Part shown: positions 28,232 to 42,497 of the stretch, piece by piece
Layout of the letters: each line of letters begins with the position of its first letter
Position numbering within the stretch: the first letter of the stretch is position 1
DNA from: Octopus sinensis
Lineage: Eukaryota
Direction of reading: 5' to 3'
Assembly: GCF_006345805.1 (NCBI RefSeq)
Contig: NC_043008.1
Span: 58,466,001-58,530,000, forward strand
DNA length: 64,000 bases
The notes under the pieces: model-generated
The model's input: the letters and a program-made list of their open reading frames with translations, nothing else
Databases searched by the model: none
Told to the model about the DNA's origin: nothing
Made by a program: the position numbers and the translations under genes

Positions 28232-28790
28232 TTATATATATATATATATATATATATTTACATACACATGATTATATGTGCCTCAGTATTCACATAGATC
28301 AAAAAGTATATAGGAAAAGAGCACTTATGTCAATTTGGTAAATAATAATTCTTTCAGATTTTGGCTCAAGGCCTGAGCATTTTTGGGAGCGATTACTTAG
28401 CCGTCAGTGCTCAGTTGGAACTTATTTGTATCTATCCCGAAAGGATTACGAGGGAAGTAAGTCTCGGCACAATTTGAACTCGGAATGTGAAGCCACAAGA
28501 AAGGCGGCCAAGCATTTTGATTGGTGGAGTAATGTTTCTGATTGCTCACTGCTTCGGTCTGATAAGTAAAAATAGAAAAAAAAGTATTTCTTCATCAAAA
28601 TATTTTTCTCTTTTATCATTATATAAAATCTGCACACCACGAGAAACAAACGAAAAAAAACACACACATACACACACACACGCGCGCACGTACACGCACA
28701 CATGTCTATATACAAGATCATATAACTGGGCATCTGATGTATATTTATGGGTGTGCTTATAAATGAACTTTACATGTATATATATATGTA

Positions 28791-28850
<60 letters not shown>

Positions 28851-29685
28851 GTGTGTGTGTGTGTGTGTGTCTGTCTGTATATATATGTATATTATATATG
28901 TATATTATGTATGTACATATATAATATGTAATTATATTTATTTATTAATATATGCATATATGTATACATGTATATATGTGTATATATGTATTTATTATAT
29001 AATGTATGTATATATATGTATATCTATATATGTATATATATGTATATATTATATGTATATATATATGTCTATATATACATATATATTTCTATATTATATA
29101 AAAATTTGTATATCCTATATATATATATATATATATATATCTATATATATATATAAACACTTTGATAAACTTAGATAAACTTATAAACTATATATATATT
29201 CACAATATATGGATTCAACTAATCCTGTGTTACTCATAAAAACTATAATTAATGACTACAATACACAGAATTTGTATTAGGAAACAAGAGAAAACAAAAA
29301 ATAAAAAGTGTATAAAGTTATAAATGGATTTTTTTTTTATCTCACAACAATTGTTTCGGAAACAGAATTCATATTATTTCATTTCATAAGTAAATTACTT
29401 ACATATATAATTCAGGTTTCAATGCGAGATACGATTAGTCTCATTTATTCTTATAAACCAACGTCAATTCATTTTTTTTTTCTTCAAATATACATGCTGT
29501 GTATTTGAGTCTGAAAGACTGTTTGGAAGCGCAAGACATGATATATAAATCTATATTCCATATCATGAAAGTATCATACTAGCTCATGTTTAAATACTGC
29601 ATATATTAAATTATATATACTTCTCACAACTTGGAGTAATTTTTTCGTTGATCTTTCCGATAACGGAACCATAAACTATATATAT

Positions 29686-30085
29686 ATAGTACGTTTAAAT
29701 ATTTGTTGTGCAAGATTTTTTATGTGAAGTCGTGTGTTGAAACATATATTGTTATATTTCGGAATGGTCATTTTGCCAGTTTAGCCAATAAAAACACACG
29801 CACTATATATTTGGTGTTACTTTGCTTCAGTGTTATTTATTTTTTACATTAATCTTAATCATATTTCACACTCCTGTGACCGCATCAGTGGTCCTTTTTT
29901 TTCTTCTCACTTATTTGTGTCTCTCCTTACTAACAGTCAGCCATTTTGTATTTCTATTGTATGTCTTCATTTGCGCATGCTTATATCTCTATGTGCGTTT
30001 ATGTTTATTTTTATTTAGTATGTGTATGTGGGGGATGCCTGTAATATTTGTATTTTCTGTTTACATATGTTCATGTAATTTGTAA
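29686..30085 (+). repeat. Dispersed repeat, copy 1 of an inverted pair
   Basis: Reverse complement of 30799-31152 over ~340 bp; the track ORFs 29822+ and 30800- are near-identical. Confidence 0.9.
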
Positions 30086-30253
30086 TTTTATATGTTCATG
30101 TAATTTGTATTTTGTTTTTTGTTTTTGTTTTTGTTTTTGTTGTTTTTGTTTATTCTTATTTTGTTCATGTGTTTACATCCACCCATTATTATCATTACAT
30201 ATGCTTGTATGTATGTATAACAACAATACTAGTAATAATAATAAATTGAATTA

Positions 30254-30315
<62 letters not shown>

Positions 30316-30798
30316 CACACCATATATATATTAAGGGCGTCGAGCTGGCAGAACGTTAGTACGTCGGGCGAAATGCGTAGCCGTATTTCGTCTGCCGTTA
30401 AGTGTTCTGGGTTCAAATTCCGCCGAGGTCGACTTTGCCTTTCATCCTTTCGGGGTCGACAAATTAAGTACCAGTTACGCACTGGGGTCGATGTAATCGT
30501 CTTAATACCTTTGTCTGTCCTTGTTTGTCCCCTCTATGTTTAGCCCCTTGTGGGTAGTAAAGAAGTATATATATATATAGTTATTTATTTATTTATTTAT
30601 CTGTGTATTTATTATGTTTTCAGGATACTCTATCGTCATAGTTGTGGTGTGTGTTAGTGCTCCATTCTAGTTTTCTATTCAGGCTAGGTTTTTTTCTATA
30701 TGTTGTGTAGCTTCTGTAATTTGTCTAATTGTTGTATCTGATCTATGTGTGGATAATATTTTAATTTCTATGTTATTGATTGATCCCCCGTGTTCTTG

Positions 30799-31148
30799 TT
30801 TACAAATTACATGAACATATATAAACAGAAGATACAAATATTACAGTCATCCCCCACATACACACACTAAATAAAAATAAACATAAACGCACATAGAGAT
30901 ATAAGCATGCGCAAATGAAGACATACAATAGAAATACAAAATGGCTGACGGTTAGTAAGGAGAGACACAAATAAGTGAGAAGAAAACAAAGGACCACTGA
31001 TGCGTTCACAGGAGTGTGACGAAAGAACTCTGGCCGAAATAAGATTAAGATTAATGTAAAAAATAAATAACACTGAAGCAAAGTAACACCAAATATATAG
31101 TGCGTGTGTTTTTATTGGCTAAACTGGCAAAATGACCATTCCGAAAAT

Positions 31149-31152
<4 letters not shown>
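30799..31152 (-). repeat. Dispersed repeat, copy 2 of an inverted pair
   Basis: Matches 29748-30085 with scattered substitutions and one small indel. Confidence 0.9.
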
Positions 31153-31193
<41 letters not shown>

Positions 31194-31250
31194 ATATATT
31201 TATAAATATATATATTTATATATATATATATATTTTTATACATATATATA

Positions 31251-31314
<64 letters not shown>

Positions 31315-31325
31315 TAATATATAAT

Positions 31326-31356
<31 letters not shown>

Positions 31357-31412
31357 AATATATATATTATAATTATATATATATATTATAATATATATAT
31401 ATATAATATATA

Positions 31413-31455
<43 letters not shown>

Positions 31456-31478
31456 ATATATATAGTATATATATATAT

Positions 31479-31522
<44 letters not shown>

Positions 31523-31611
31523 TATATATATTAATTATATATAATATATATATATATATATATAATATATATATATATATAATATATTATAATAATATAT
31601 ATATATATATA

Positions 31612-31643
<32 letters not shown>

Positions 31644-31692
31644 ATAATATATATATATATAATATATATTATTATTAATATATATATATAAT

Positions 31693-31723
<31 letters not shown>

Positions 31724-31752
31724 ATATATATTAATATAATATATATAATATA

Positions 31753-31793
<41 letters not shown>

Positions 31794-31813
31794 TATATAT
31801 ACTATATATATAT

Positions 31814-31845
<32 letters not shown>

Positions 31846-31898
31846 CATATTATATATCTATATATTATATATATATATATTTTAATATTATATATATA
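31153..31898. repeat. Very long degenerate (TA)n/(TAA) microsatellite
   Basis: About 750 bp almost entirely A/T. Comparable tracts lie at 38735-39380, 49965-50270 and 57540-57856. Confidence 0.95.
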
Positions 31899-31986
31899 TT
31901 TATTTTATAGAAGGAGCTTCTACAGGACTAGAACTGTTTCATTCAGATGAAATCTAGTCCTGTAGTAGCTCCTTCTATAAAATAAA
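31899..31986. repeat. 88-bp near-perfect hairpin
   Basis: 34-bp arms TTTATTTTATAGAAGGAGCT(T/A)CTACAGGACTAGA with 1 mismatch, inner TTTCAT/ATGAAA, 4-nt loop. Confidence 0.9.
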
Positions 31987-32477
31987 ATAAAATAAATTAA
32001 TTTACTCTGCTATGTATTGATACCTTATTTACTGTGGTTAACCCCGACTCAACCCGGGACCTACACACACACCCCCCACCACACACATATATATATATAT
32101 ATATATTATATATGTGTGTGTGTGTGTGTGTGTGCGTGTGTGTGTGTAGGCGCAATGGCCCAGTGGTTAGGGCAGCGGACTCGCGGTCGTAGGATCGCGG
32201 TTTCGATTCCCACACCAGGCGTTGTGTGTTTTTATGGAGCGAAAACCCCTAAAAGCTCCACGATGCTCCGGCAGGGGGTGGTGATCCCTGCTGTACTCCT
32301 TCACCACTCTTTCTCTCACTCCTTCTTCTGTTGGCCTGCTCGCTTAGCCAGCGGGGTGGCGTCATTCGAAGGCTAAAACAATGCGAACGCATTGTGACCA
32401 GCGGTGTGTAGCAACATCTGATGGTCTATATACTGTATTGTAAACTCTGTAATTGAATTGTAAAATAAAGGGAAATA

Positions 32478-32540
<63 letters not shown>

Positions 32541-32981
32541 TTTATAACGATATAGAATATGGAGACTCGTTCATTCTCAAAATATATTTCCTTTTATTTT
32601 ACAATTTCATTTGGCATATTTTATGGTTATTACTCTCTGCACAAATAATGGGCAATTGCACATTTAACAGGCATAATTTTCTGTGCAGCTTCGGTCAGGG
32701 TCTGTCCACCAGCAAGTTTCGAAGTGAACTGAATACAGTTATTTGCACGCTCGTTAGACTTCAGTGGGAAGTAATGGGTGGTTGCTTAGATTCGGAAATC
32801 TGATGTGTTTGCAAGCTTTGTTTGGTTGAATTCGGTTTCACACCAGTAACTGTCCGAAGTCATGATTCTGTCTAATTAGGTCGAGGTTAATGTTACTGTT
32901 TCCGCACGATTTGTTGCGCATTTAGTAACCTCACTTTCAAACGTAGTACTTGCAATGTGATGTTTTTTTTAGTTATTTATA

Positions 32982-33363
32982 CATTTCCATGCTTGAGAGG
33001 CGGTTGGATGGAACCTACACTCGCCTCTTTATGAGAGCTCAAAATCTCTCGTGGAAGCGCCATCCAACCAAAATGCAAATATATGGGAAACTACCACCTG
33101 TGTCATCTCTTGTGAAAGGTAGAAGAGTCCAGTTTGCTGGACATTGTTGTAGAGCTGAAAAAGAAGTAATTTCTACTCTTCTCCTCTGGAAGCCATCTAC
33201 TCGCAATACCAGAGGGCGCACACTCTCCTACCCTGATGTAATCTCCAGGGATACAGGCATCCAGCAACAGGACCTCCGTAATGCCATGAATGGACCGTGA
33301 AGTCTGGCGTAGCATGGTAAATTCCATTGTCTCGACCACGGTCGAACAATGATGATGATGATG
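32982..33363 (+). mobile_element. 5'-truncated RTE-clade LINE 3' end
   Basis: Peptide LDGTYTRLFMRAQNLSWKRHPT...RRVQFAGHCCR...RGRTLSYPDVISRDTG is typical of an RTE C-terminus; (TGA)n tail. Confidence 0.85.
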
Positions 33364-33385
33364 GCTGTGGTATTTATGCTGGATA

Positions 33386-33992
33386 GTGGCGGCGAGCTGG
33401 CAGATACGTTAGCGCGCCGGGCGAAATGCTTAGCGGTATTTCGTCTGCCGTTGCGTTCTGAGTTCAAATTCCGCTGAGGTCGACTTTGCCTTTCATCCTT
33501 TCGGGGTCAATTAATTAAGTACCAGTTACGCACTGGGGTCGATATAATAGACTTAATCCGTTTGTCTGTCCTTGTTTGTCCTCTCTGTGTTTAGCCCCTT
33601 GTGGGTAGTAAAGAAATAGGTATTTCGTCTGCCGTTACGTTCTGAGTTCAAATTCCGCCGAGGTCGACTTTGCCTTTCATCCTTTCGGGGTCGATTAAAT
33701 AAGTACCAGTTACGCACTGGGGTCGATATAAGCGACTTAATCCGTTTGTCTGTCCTTGTTTGTCCCTTCTGCGTTTAGCCCCTTGTGGGTAGTAAAGAAA
33801 TAGGTATTTCGTCTGCCGTTGCGTTCTGAGTTCAAATTCCACCGAGGTCGACTTTGCCTTTCATCCTTTCGGGGTCAATTAATTAAGTACCAGTTACGCA
33901 CTGGGGTCGATATAATAGACTTAACCCGTTTGTCTGTCCTTGTTTGTCCTCTCTGTGTTTAGCCCCTTGTGGGCAGTAAAGAAATAGGTATT
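33386..33992 (+). mobile_element. Head-to-tail trimer of SINE A
   Basis: One full unit plus two headless units joined at AAAGAAATA|GGTATTTCGTC. Confidence 0.9.
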
Positions 33993-35227
33993 TATGCACC
34001 CTTATCAAACCTAGCCAGGCTCATGAGACCGGTTTCCCGGTTTCTGTGGCGTATGTATTCCCCCCAATTGGACGGGACGCCAGTCCATCGCAGCCTTACT
34101 CAAGAAACAGGAAGAGAGATGGAGAGGATGTTTGGTATGTTTATGCAAATGGAGGCGCAATGGTTAGGGCAGCGGGACTCGCGGTCGGAGGATCGCGGTT
34201 TCGATTCCCAGACTGGACGTTGTGTGTGTTTATTGAGCGAAGGTAGACGGAATATATACCAGATTGGTTATGGAAAGGCCATATATCTTTGAATTTTAGG
34301 ATATGTTCTTCTACTCGTCTTCTCCCACCCGTCTCTGGGTGGAATATTGAGTTATCTAGAACGTTCATTAAATTTCTTAAATGTTTTGGTATGTTTATGC
34401 AAATGGAGGCGCAATGGCCCAGTGGTTAGGGCAGCGGGACTCGCAGTCGGAGGATCGCGGTTTCGATTCCCAGACCGGACGTTGTGTGTGTTTATTGAAC
34501 GAAAATACCAAAAGCTCCACGAAGCTCCGACAGGGGCTGGTGGCGACCCCCGTTGTGCTCTTTCACCCCAACTTCCTCTCCATCTCTCTTCCTGTTTCTT
34601 GAGTAAGGCTGCGATGGACTGGCGTCCCGTCCAATTGGGGGGAATACATACGCCACAGAAACCGGGAAACCGGTCTCATGAGCCTGGCTAGGTTTGATAA
34701 GGGCGCATAAATAAATAAAATGTTTATGCAAGCATCTCAACGCCTTCCCTAGCCTGCTATAAAGTAATTTGTATCTCGATGTAAAGATTTTCTTCTTTCC
34801 TTAGAGCGCATCTTTTTCATCCTGCCAGAAACTATTTAGCTGTACTAATTATCTCTCACTCAGTGATATAACTCTGGTTCCTATCTTTAAGAGATCAGGT
34901 TAGTTTGCTTAGGCTCGTGCTGTTAGTCTTACTTCGATCCCTAAATATGGTGCATGAACTTGTAAAAGAAAAAGAAATAAATTTTGAGGATGAGCAAGAT
35001 TCCATATTCTCTATCATCATAATTACTGCTCACATACACACCAGATAATATTACCGTCCAGAGAAGCGAACACGGAATTACCCATCGGAGGAATTTACAG
35101 CGTGAGGAACAACTCATATTAGTCATGGACGATAAATACTAATTGATGCCGTAACCTGGAACATAAGTGTGAACTACCACAGTACTCGCCTGGAAAATAT
35201 ATCCCTGTAAAGTGTCAATATATATAT

Positions 35228-35259
<32 letters not shown>

Positions 35260-36713
35260 GTGGCTCTGTAGTAAGTAGCTTGCTTACGAACTACATGGTT
35301 CCGGGTTCAGTCCCAGTGCGTAGCATCTTGGGCAAGTGTCTTCTGCTATAGCCTCGGGCCGACCAAAGCCTTGTGAGTGGATTTGGTAGACGGAAGCTGA
35401 AAGACGCCTGTCATATATATATATATATATGTATATATATGTTTGTGTGTCTGTGTTTGACCCCCCAACATCGCTTGACAACCGATGCTGGTGTGTTTAC
35501 GTTATCGTAACTTAGCGTTTCGGCAAAATGCCCGATAGAATAAGTACTAGGCTTACAAAGAATAAGCCCTGGAGTCGATTTGCTCGACTAAAAGCGGTGC
35601 TCCAGCATGGCCGCAGTTAAATGACTGAAGCAAGTAAAAGAGTAATATATATATATATATATATATTAAGGCGGGCGAAATGTTTAGCGGTATTTCGTAT
35701 GCCGATACGTTCTAAGTTCAAATTCCGTCGAGCACGGCATGGCATTCATCCTTTCGGAGTCGGTTAAATAAGTACCAGTTACGTACTGGAGTCGATGTAA
35801 TCGACTTAATCCCTTTGTCTATCCTTGTTTGTCCCCTCTACATTTATTCCCCTGTAGGCAACGCTTTGTGCGTATATATATTATATATATATATATATAC
35901 ATACACACAAAGCGTAAAGGAATAGAGATTTTGAATTTAGTCAGGTAACCTATTAACACTCTGATACAATAAAGATTAGGCTAACGTCAGCGAATGATAG
36001 GAACATACAGAATTCTTAAGATAAACAATTGTACAGTACTTCCCTCGATAGTTAAACTGGGTTCGCTTCATGAAATTTCGTACAGCATACTCAATATATA
36101 ATGAAGCCACCATAAAGCAGAATGGAGAATCATTTACATGAAAAAGTTGCATATGACAGTATCATTCTCTTTAAATTCACATTAGTACACTTCTCCATCG
36201 TTGGATAGGAAGTCAATATGAACTTAATGAGAAAGGTACTGCAATAAATAAATTTTGAATATGTATAATTCTTCACTATTCCCTATGATGACTTCATTAT
36301 ATATATATGTATAAGGATGAAAAGGAACACACGAGTTGATATATATGAAAAAATAAGTCAAAATAGAAAATGCTAAAATAATTTTATAAAGAACATTTCA
36401 AGTGTGAACAAGAGAGAGACAGATCAAGGCAGAAACTCAAATGTAACATTTCCTCCCTGAAGCCGGTGACTCGTCTCATCTTATGATAGAATTAATTTAC
36501 AAATATTATTATGAACCACCGTGTCCCCAGAAACAGCTGTTGGATTTGTAATGCTGTTCCTCATGCCCTCTATTTCTCTATATCATTACTATTCTGTGTA
36601 AGTCAGACCTTTTATAATATATATATACATTATTGTATTCCATGTATTTAATATACCTTATATATCGATCTGTCTAACTTACTTTCCTTACATTTACTTT
36701 TATATATAAAAAT

Positions 36714-37095
36714 GGTGGAGGCGCAATGGCCCAGTGGTTAGGGCAGCGGACTCGCAGTCATAGGATTGCGGTTTCGATTTCCAGACCGGGCGTTGTGAGT
36801 GTTTATTGAGCGAAAACACCTAAAGCTCAACGAGGCTCCGGCAGGGGATGGTGGTGATCCCTGCTGTACTCTTTCACCACAACTTTCTCTCACTCTCACT
36901 CTTACTTCCTGTTTCTGTTGTACCTGTATTTCAAAGGGCCGGCCTTGTCACTCTCTGTGTCACGCTGAATATCCCCGAGAACTACGTTAAGGGTACGCGT
37001 GTCTGTGGAGTGCTCAGCGTTAATTTCATGAGCAGGCTGTTCCGTTGATTCGCATCAACCGGAACCCTCGTCGCCGTAACCGACGGAGTGCTTCC
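36714..37095 (+). mobile_element. SINE family B (head GGAGGCGCAATGGCCCAGTGGTTAGGGCAGCGGACTCGC, Pol III A/B boxes)
   Basis: Other copies: 24196-24462(-), 32148-32427(+), 34404-34712(+) and tail-only 15425-15528(-); three different tails. Confidence 0.85.
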
Positions 37096-37609
37096 ATCAT
37101 ATGTAAAAATAAAAGTGTGCAGTATTATATATTAAGACCGATCTTTCCAATCAGTTTCGCGTTGGGTATTAAACCCGTTACGGAATTCGTTGTGCTCGTG
37201 AATGTGTCAAGTATGGAATAAAGATATGATAGATGGTTTCCGTTATTGGGAGTGAAAAACAATATTCGGTTTCTAGAAGCTTTTAAAAAAGACAAAACGA
37301 AATGAATAGGTATCATATCGAAAGTTATGTCCCTTGTTCACCTACCAAAGGGCTCTGAGATGTAAGTCTACAAAAGTGTTCTGACTATGTGTAAGGGTTA
37401 GGGGTTGTTATTCATGTAGGGTTGGAATGTATGCTGGGGTATTATATGTGTAGGGTGTTTTTTGTGAGAAATATTGGGGTCTTGAATGGGTGCCCGAATG
37501 TTGAATCCCATGTTAGGGTGGACATAACGGAGAGCAGCTGCCATATATTTTTTTTTTATTACTTGTCAGTTCTGAAGAGTACGCGAGAAAAAGTAACTGT
37601 ACACTTAAC

Positions 37610-38178
37610 AAACATCTGGTACTTAATTTATCGACCTCGAAAGGATGAAAGGCAAAGTCGACTTCGGCAGAATTTGAACTCAGAACGTAACGGCAGACGA
37701 AATACCTTTTTATTTATTACCCACAAGGGGCTAAACATAGAGGGGACAAACTAGGACAGACATGGGTATTAAGTCGATTACATCGACCCCAGTGCGTAAC
37801 TGGTACTTAATTTATCGACCCCGAAAGGATGAAAGGCAAAGTCAACCTCGGCGGAATTTGAACTCACAACGTAACGACAGACGAAATACCGCTAAATATT
37901 TCATCCGGCGTGCTAACGTTTCTGCCAGCTCGCCGCCTTAATACCTATTTCTTTATTACCCACAAGGGGCTAAACACAGAGGGGACAAACAAGGACAGAC
38001 ATAGGTATTAAGTCGATTACATCGACCCCAGTGCGTAACTGGTACTTAATTTATCGACCCCGAAAGGATGAAAGGCAAAGTCGACCTCGGCGGAATTTGA
38101 ACTCACAACGTAACGCAGACGAAATACCGCTAAGCCTTTCGCCCGGCGTGCTAACGTTTCTGCTAACTCGCCACCTTA
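37610..38178 (-). mobile_element. Head-to-tail trimer of SINE A
   Basis: Two full units plus one headless truncated unit; same GGTATT junction. Confidence 0.9.
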
Positions 38179-38839
38179 ATGGAAGCCAATACTGTGAGTA
38201 AAAAGGTCAGAGAAGGCAATAAATCAAACAACCATATTTTCGTATCCAATCATGTCTAAGATTATCGTATTGATTAAAAAAAACCAAAAGAAAACAAGGA
38301 AATAAATCGGATTAATTACTGATTATCATGTTTTGAAGAGAAGACAAGCTCTTTAAGTAGAAGTCTTGATTTTGTAAGTACTTGAGGGTATGGCCAGCTC
38401 ACAAAAACCATTCAAGTATGAAACATATATACAGAACGGATGAGAAGTGAACCAGACAAAGATTTCCTGCATGAACTTGTAAACAAATCATCTTCCTGTG
38501 TGAGCAAATATATCCAATGAGAAATTTAGTTTGACTTCTGAACCATTGAGAAAAGAATTCCTGTACGTATTTATCAACCCAATCTCGATATGAATACATG
38601 CGTGAAATTCGTAACGAAGTGTTAAACGTTGTATAACTTTAGTGAACGACTAAATTTAATATTCAATATATGATACGTAGGTAGTATTTATGTTTCCGAA
38701 AAGGCAGCATCAGGTGGAAAGAATATATATATACGTGAATATATATATACGTGAATATATATATATATAGATATATATATATATAATATATATGTATATA
38801 TATATGTATATTATATATATATGTATATATATGTATATA

Positions 38840-38886
<47 letters not shown>

Positions 38887-38948
38887 TATATATATATATT
38901 ATATATATATATATAGATATATATATATAATATATATATATATATATG

Positions 38949-39017
<69 letters not shown>

Positions 39018-39286
39018 GTATATATATATAATATATATGTATATATATATATACATGAATATATATATAAATGAATATATGTATATATATATATACATAT
39101 ATATATACATGAATATATATATAAATGAATATATGTTTATATATATATACATATATATACATGAATATATATAAATGAATATATGTTATATATATATATA
39201 CATATATATACATGAATATATATATATAAATGAATATATGTATATATATATATAAACATATATATATATATATACATGAATATATG

Positions 39287-39318
<32 letters not shown>

Positions 39319-40572
39319 CACATAGATATATAATGTATTTATGTATGTATGTATGTATGTATGTATGTATGTATCTATATAGATAGCTAGAGAAAGAGGT
39401 AAAGAGATGGAGAGAGAGGGCCAGTGATGGAGACAATACAAGCAACTAGTAATACTGTATATAGACGAACGGAAGGGATGTGAAGAGTTTATAAATATTT
39501 GAAGAGGATGTACAAATCTCACCAACACATTCGAAATTTCCTTTCACCTGCGACTTCGATAACTCAATGTCTTACATAACATGACACACCGAATTTACCG
39601 TGCTGTAGTTCGTTTCCTTCTTATCACTGGTGCATGTAATACCTATATTGTATGTTATTGTATTTATAGAATATACTGGTTTTAAATTAATCAAGTCACA
39701 TTTTGTATCTCCTTACTCGAATAACTCACTAGAGGGAAGGCGCATGACTCAGTGTTAAAAGCGTTGGCTTCATAATCATTGGATAGTGAAATCGATTCCT
39801 GGACCGGTTTGTGTGTTATGTTCTTGAGCAAGAAACTTTATTTCACGTTGCTCCAGTTCAATCATCTGTGGAAATGAGTTGCGATGTCATTGGTACCAAG
39901 CTGTATCGGTCTTTGACTTTTCATTGGATGACATCAGTGGGGGAAAATTGGGAGGGTGGTATGCATGGGTAACTTCTGCTCTTCCATAAACGGCCTTGCT
40001 CGGACCACGGGATGCAATCCTGTGGTCATTCATGACTGAAGAGGGTTTTACCCTTTACCTTAGCGTGAACGTACGTAGATTTGTGTATAGGTTCTTATTT
40101 TGACGATCTTGTGATTTGTGCCCAAGGTAGCTTTTTGAGCAAAACATTTTTTATTCTCTACTGTTATACCCTGAATTTTCTACTGGGTCAGCGTGTAATA
40201 GATCCGAGAATATGTCTATATGTGCAAGCAACTACATAGGAACTTAAAACAATTGGCAAAAGCAGGGTACATGCTATCGCGCCATGACTGAAAAAAGTAC
40301 AGGGTAAAAGACACACACACACACACACACAAACAAACACACGCACTCACGTATATGCTATTGTATGTGTAATGTGGAGGATAAACCTACAGCTATTTCT
40401 TTGTAAACATTTCAACCTGTGAACTTTACAAACGTTTCGAAATGCTTATTTCTAATGACCGAGCTTTATAGCATACAAACAGATTCAAGGCAAAAGTCAG
40501 TGCGTCTCTATTTATAGAACAATAAACCTGTGAAAACAATCGATTAATTAATTAATGGTAATATCTAACTGA

Positions 40573-40874
40573 GTGGAGGCACATGGCCTAGTGGTTAGAG
40601 CAGCGGACTCGCGGGTTCGAATCTCAGTCCGGGCGATGTGTGTGTTTATGAGCGGAACACCTGAACTCCACGCGGCTCCGGCAGAAGGTAATGGCGAACG
40701 TCTGCTGACTCTTTCGCCACAACTTTCTCTCACTCTTTCCTCCTGCATCTTGCAGTTCACCTGCGACGGACCGGCGTCCCGTCCAGGTGGGGGAAAACTA
40801 TACACCAAGGAAACTGGGAAACTGGCCCTTATGAGCCAGACGTGGCTCGAGAACGAACAAACAACAACAACAAC
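40573..40874 (+). mobile_element. SINE family C with (AAC)n tail and 10-bp TSD
   Basis: TSD ATCTAACTGA at 40563-40572 and 40875-40884. A second copy is at 60891-61207 and an orphan tail at 61364-61452. Confidence 0.9.
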
Positions 40875-41212
40875 ATCTAACTGAAGCACTCGTGCCTCAT
40901 GCCATCACTTCAGTGTTCCCTCTTACTGCACTACATTTCCTTATCCGCCTCCTAGACGTAGTTTGTAATTCATTCACCTCTTTTTCCCTTCCACTAGCTT
41001 TCCGTTACATTGCAATGTCTCTAAGAATCTTATATCAGAATCTTCAGATGTTTCCCTCTTCTCCTCAAAAACAATAATCAATTACTAAGATTTACTTAAT
41101 ATTTTGACATCGTCTAATCCTCCAGTATTTCTATGTATCTATTTTTCTGTCTGTCTATCTATCTATCTATCTATCTGTATCTATCCGTCCATTTATCCAC
41201 CTACCTACCTAC

Positions 41213-41340
<128 letters not shown>

Positions 41341-41877
41341 CTATCTAACTATCTATCTATCTATCTATCTGTATCTATCCATCCATTTATCTATCTATTT
41401 ATCTATTTATCTATTTATCTATTATCTATCTATTTATCTGTCTGTCTGTCTGTCTGTCTCTCTGTCTATCTATCTATATCTGTCTATCTATCTACATCTG
41501 TCTATCTATCTACATATCTGTCTATCTACCTATCTAATGACAACTGTTCTTAATCAGTAATTGGCCTCTCGTAAACTTGTAATCACCAACTATTTTTCAC
41601 CATCTTCTATACAAGATTAATGAATGTATCTACCTGAGTTATAAACGAATGGTACATTTAGCATTCACCTCATGACACAGGCCTCACACGCCCCCCCCCC
41701 CTCATTCCAATCGTTTGTGACCAGAACTTCGATTCTCAAGATTTCCCTCGTTTCTTATTTCTTCACTGCAATTATCCACTTGTAACGTTTGAAAAGAACG
41801 TTAGCCTCATTGATTTCGTCCAGCACTCGCACAAACACATACACGGACACATACATGCACCTATCCACACATAAACA

Positions 41878-41910
<33 letters not shown>

Positions 41911-42044
41911 CACAAACACATTCACATATACACGCACACTCATGCATGCACACAAGCACATGTGAACCGCACTTTTGATGTTAATGCATTCATCTTTGTC
42001 AAAAATGCTATTGCAAAAGACAAGCACAATCTACGTTTTTTTAA

Positions 42045-42497
42045 AAAATAAGTACCAGTTACACACTGGGGTCGATATAATCGATTTAATCCGTGTGTCT
42101 GTCTTTGTCCTCTCTGTCTTTAGCTCCTTGTGGGTAGTAAAGAAATAGGTATTTCGTCTGCCGCTACGTTCTGAGTTCAAATTCCACCGAGGTCGACTTT
42201 GCCTTTTATCTTTTCGGGGTCGATTAAATAAGTACCAGTTATGTACTGGAGTCGCTATAATCGACTTAATCTGTTTGTCTGTCCTTCTTTATCCTCTCTG
42301 TGTTTCGTCCCTTGTGGGTAGTAAAGAAATAGGTATTTTATTCATCTTCACGTTTTGAATTCAAATTCTGCCGAAGTCGACTCTGCTTTTCATCCCGTCG
42401 GAGTCATTAAATATATGTACCAGTTTAGCACCGGGATCAATGTAATCTACTTGCCCTGTACCCTAAATTGCTGGCCTTGTGCCAAAATTTGAAATCA
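42045..42497 (+). mobile_element. Tandem SINE A array ending in the short-tail A2 variant
   Basis: Junctions GTAAAGAAATA|GGTATTT; the last unit ends AAATTGCTGGCCTTGTGCCAAAATTTGAAA. Confidence 0.85.

Noticed and set aside
32148-32220. tRNA-like sequences at SINE heads
   Set aside because: A and B boxes are present but there is no complete cloverleaf; each continues into a SINE body.
33386-33992. Regularly spaced repeats as a CRISPR-like array
   Set aside because: Units are whole ~185-bp SINE copies with no unique spacers; eukaryotic context.
38480-38525. FLCEQIYPM resembling the hAT dimerisation motif
   Set aside because: Too short and frameshifted; no TIRs found.
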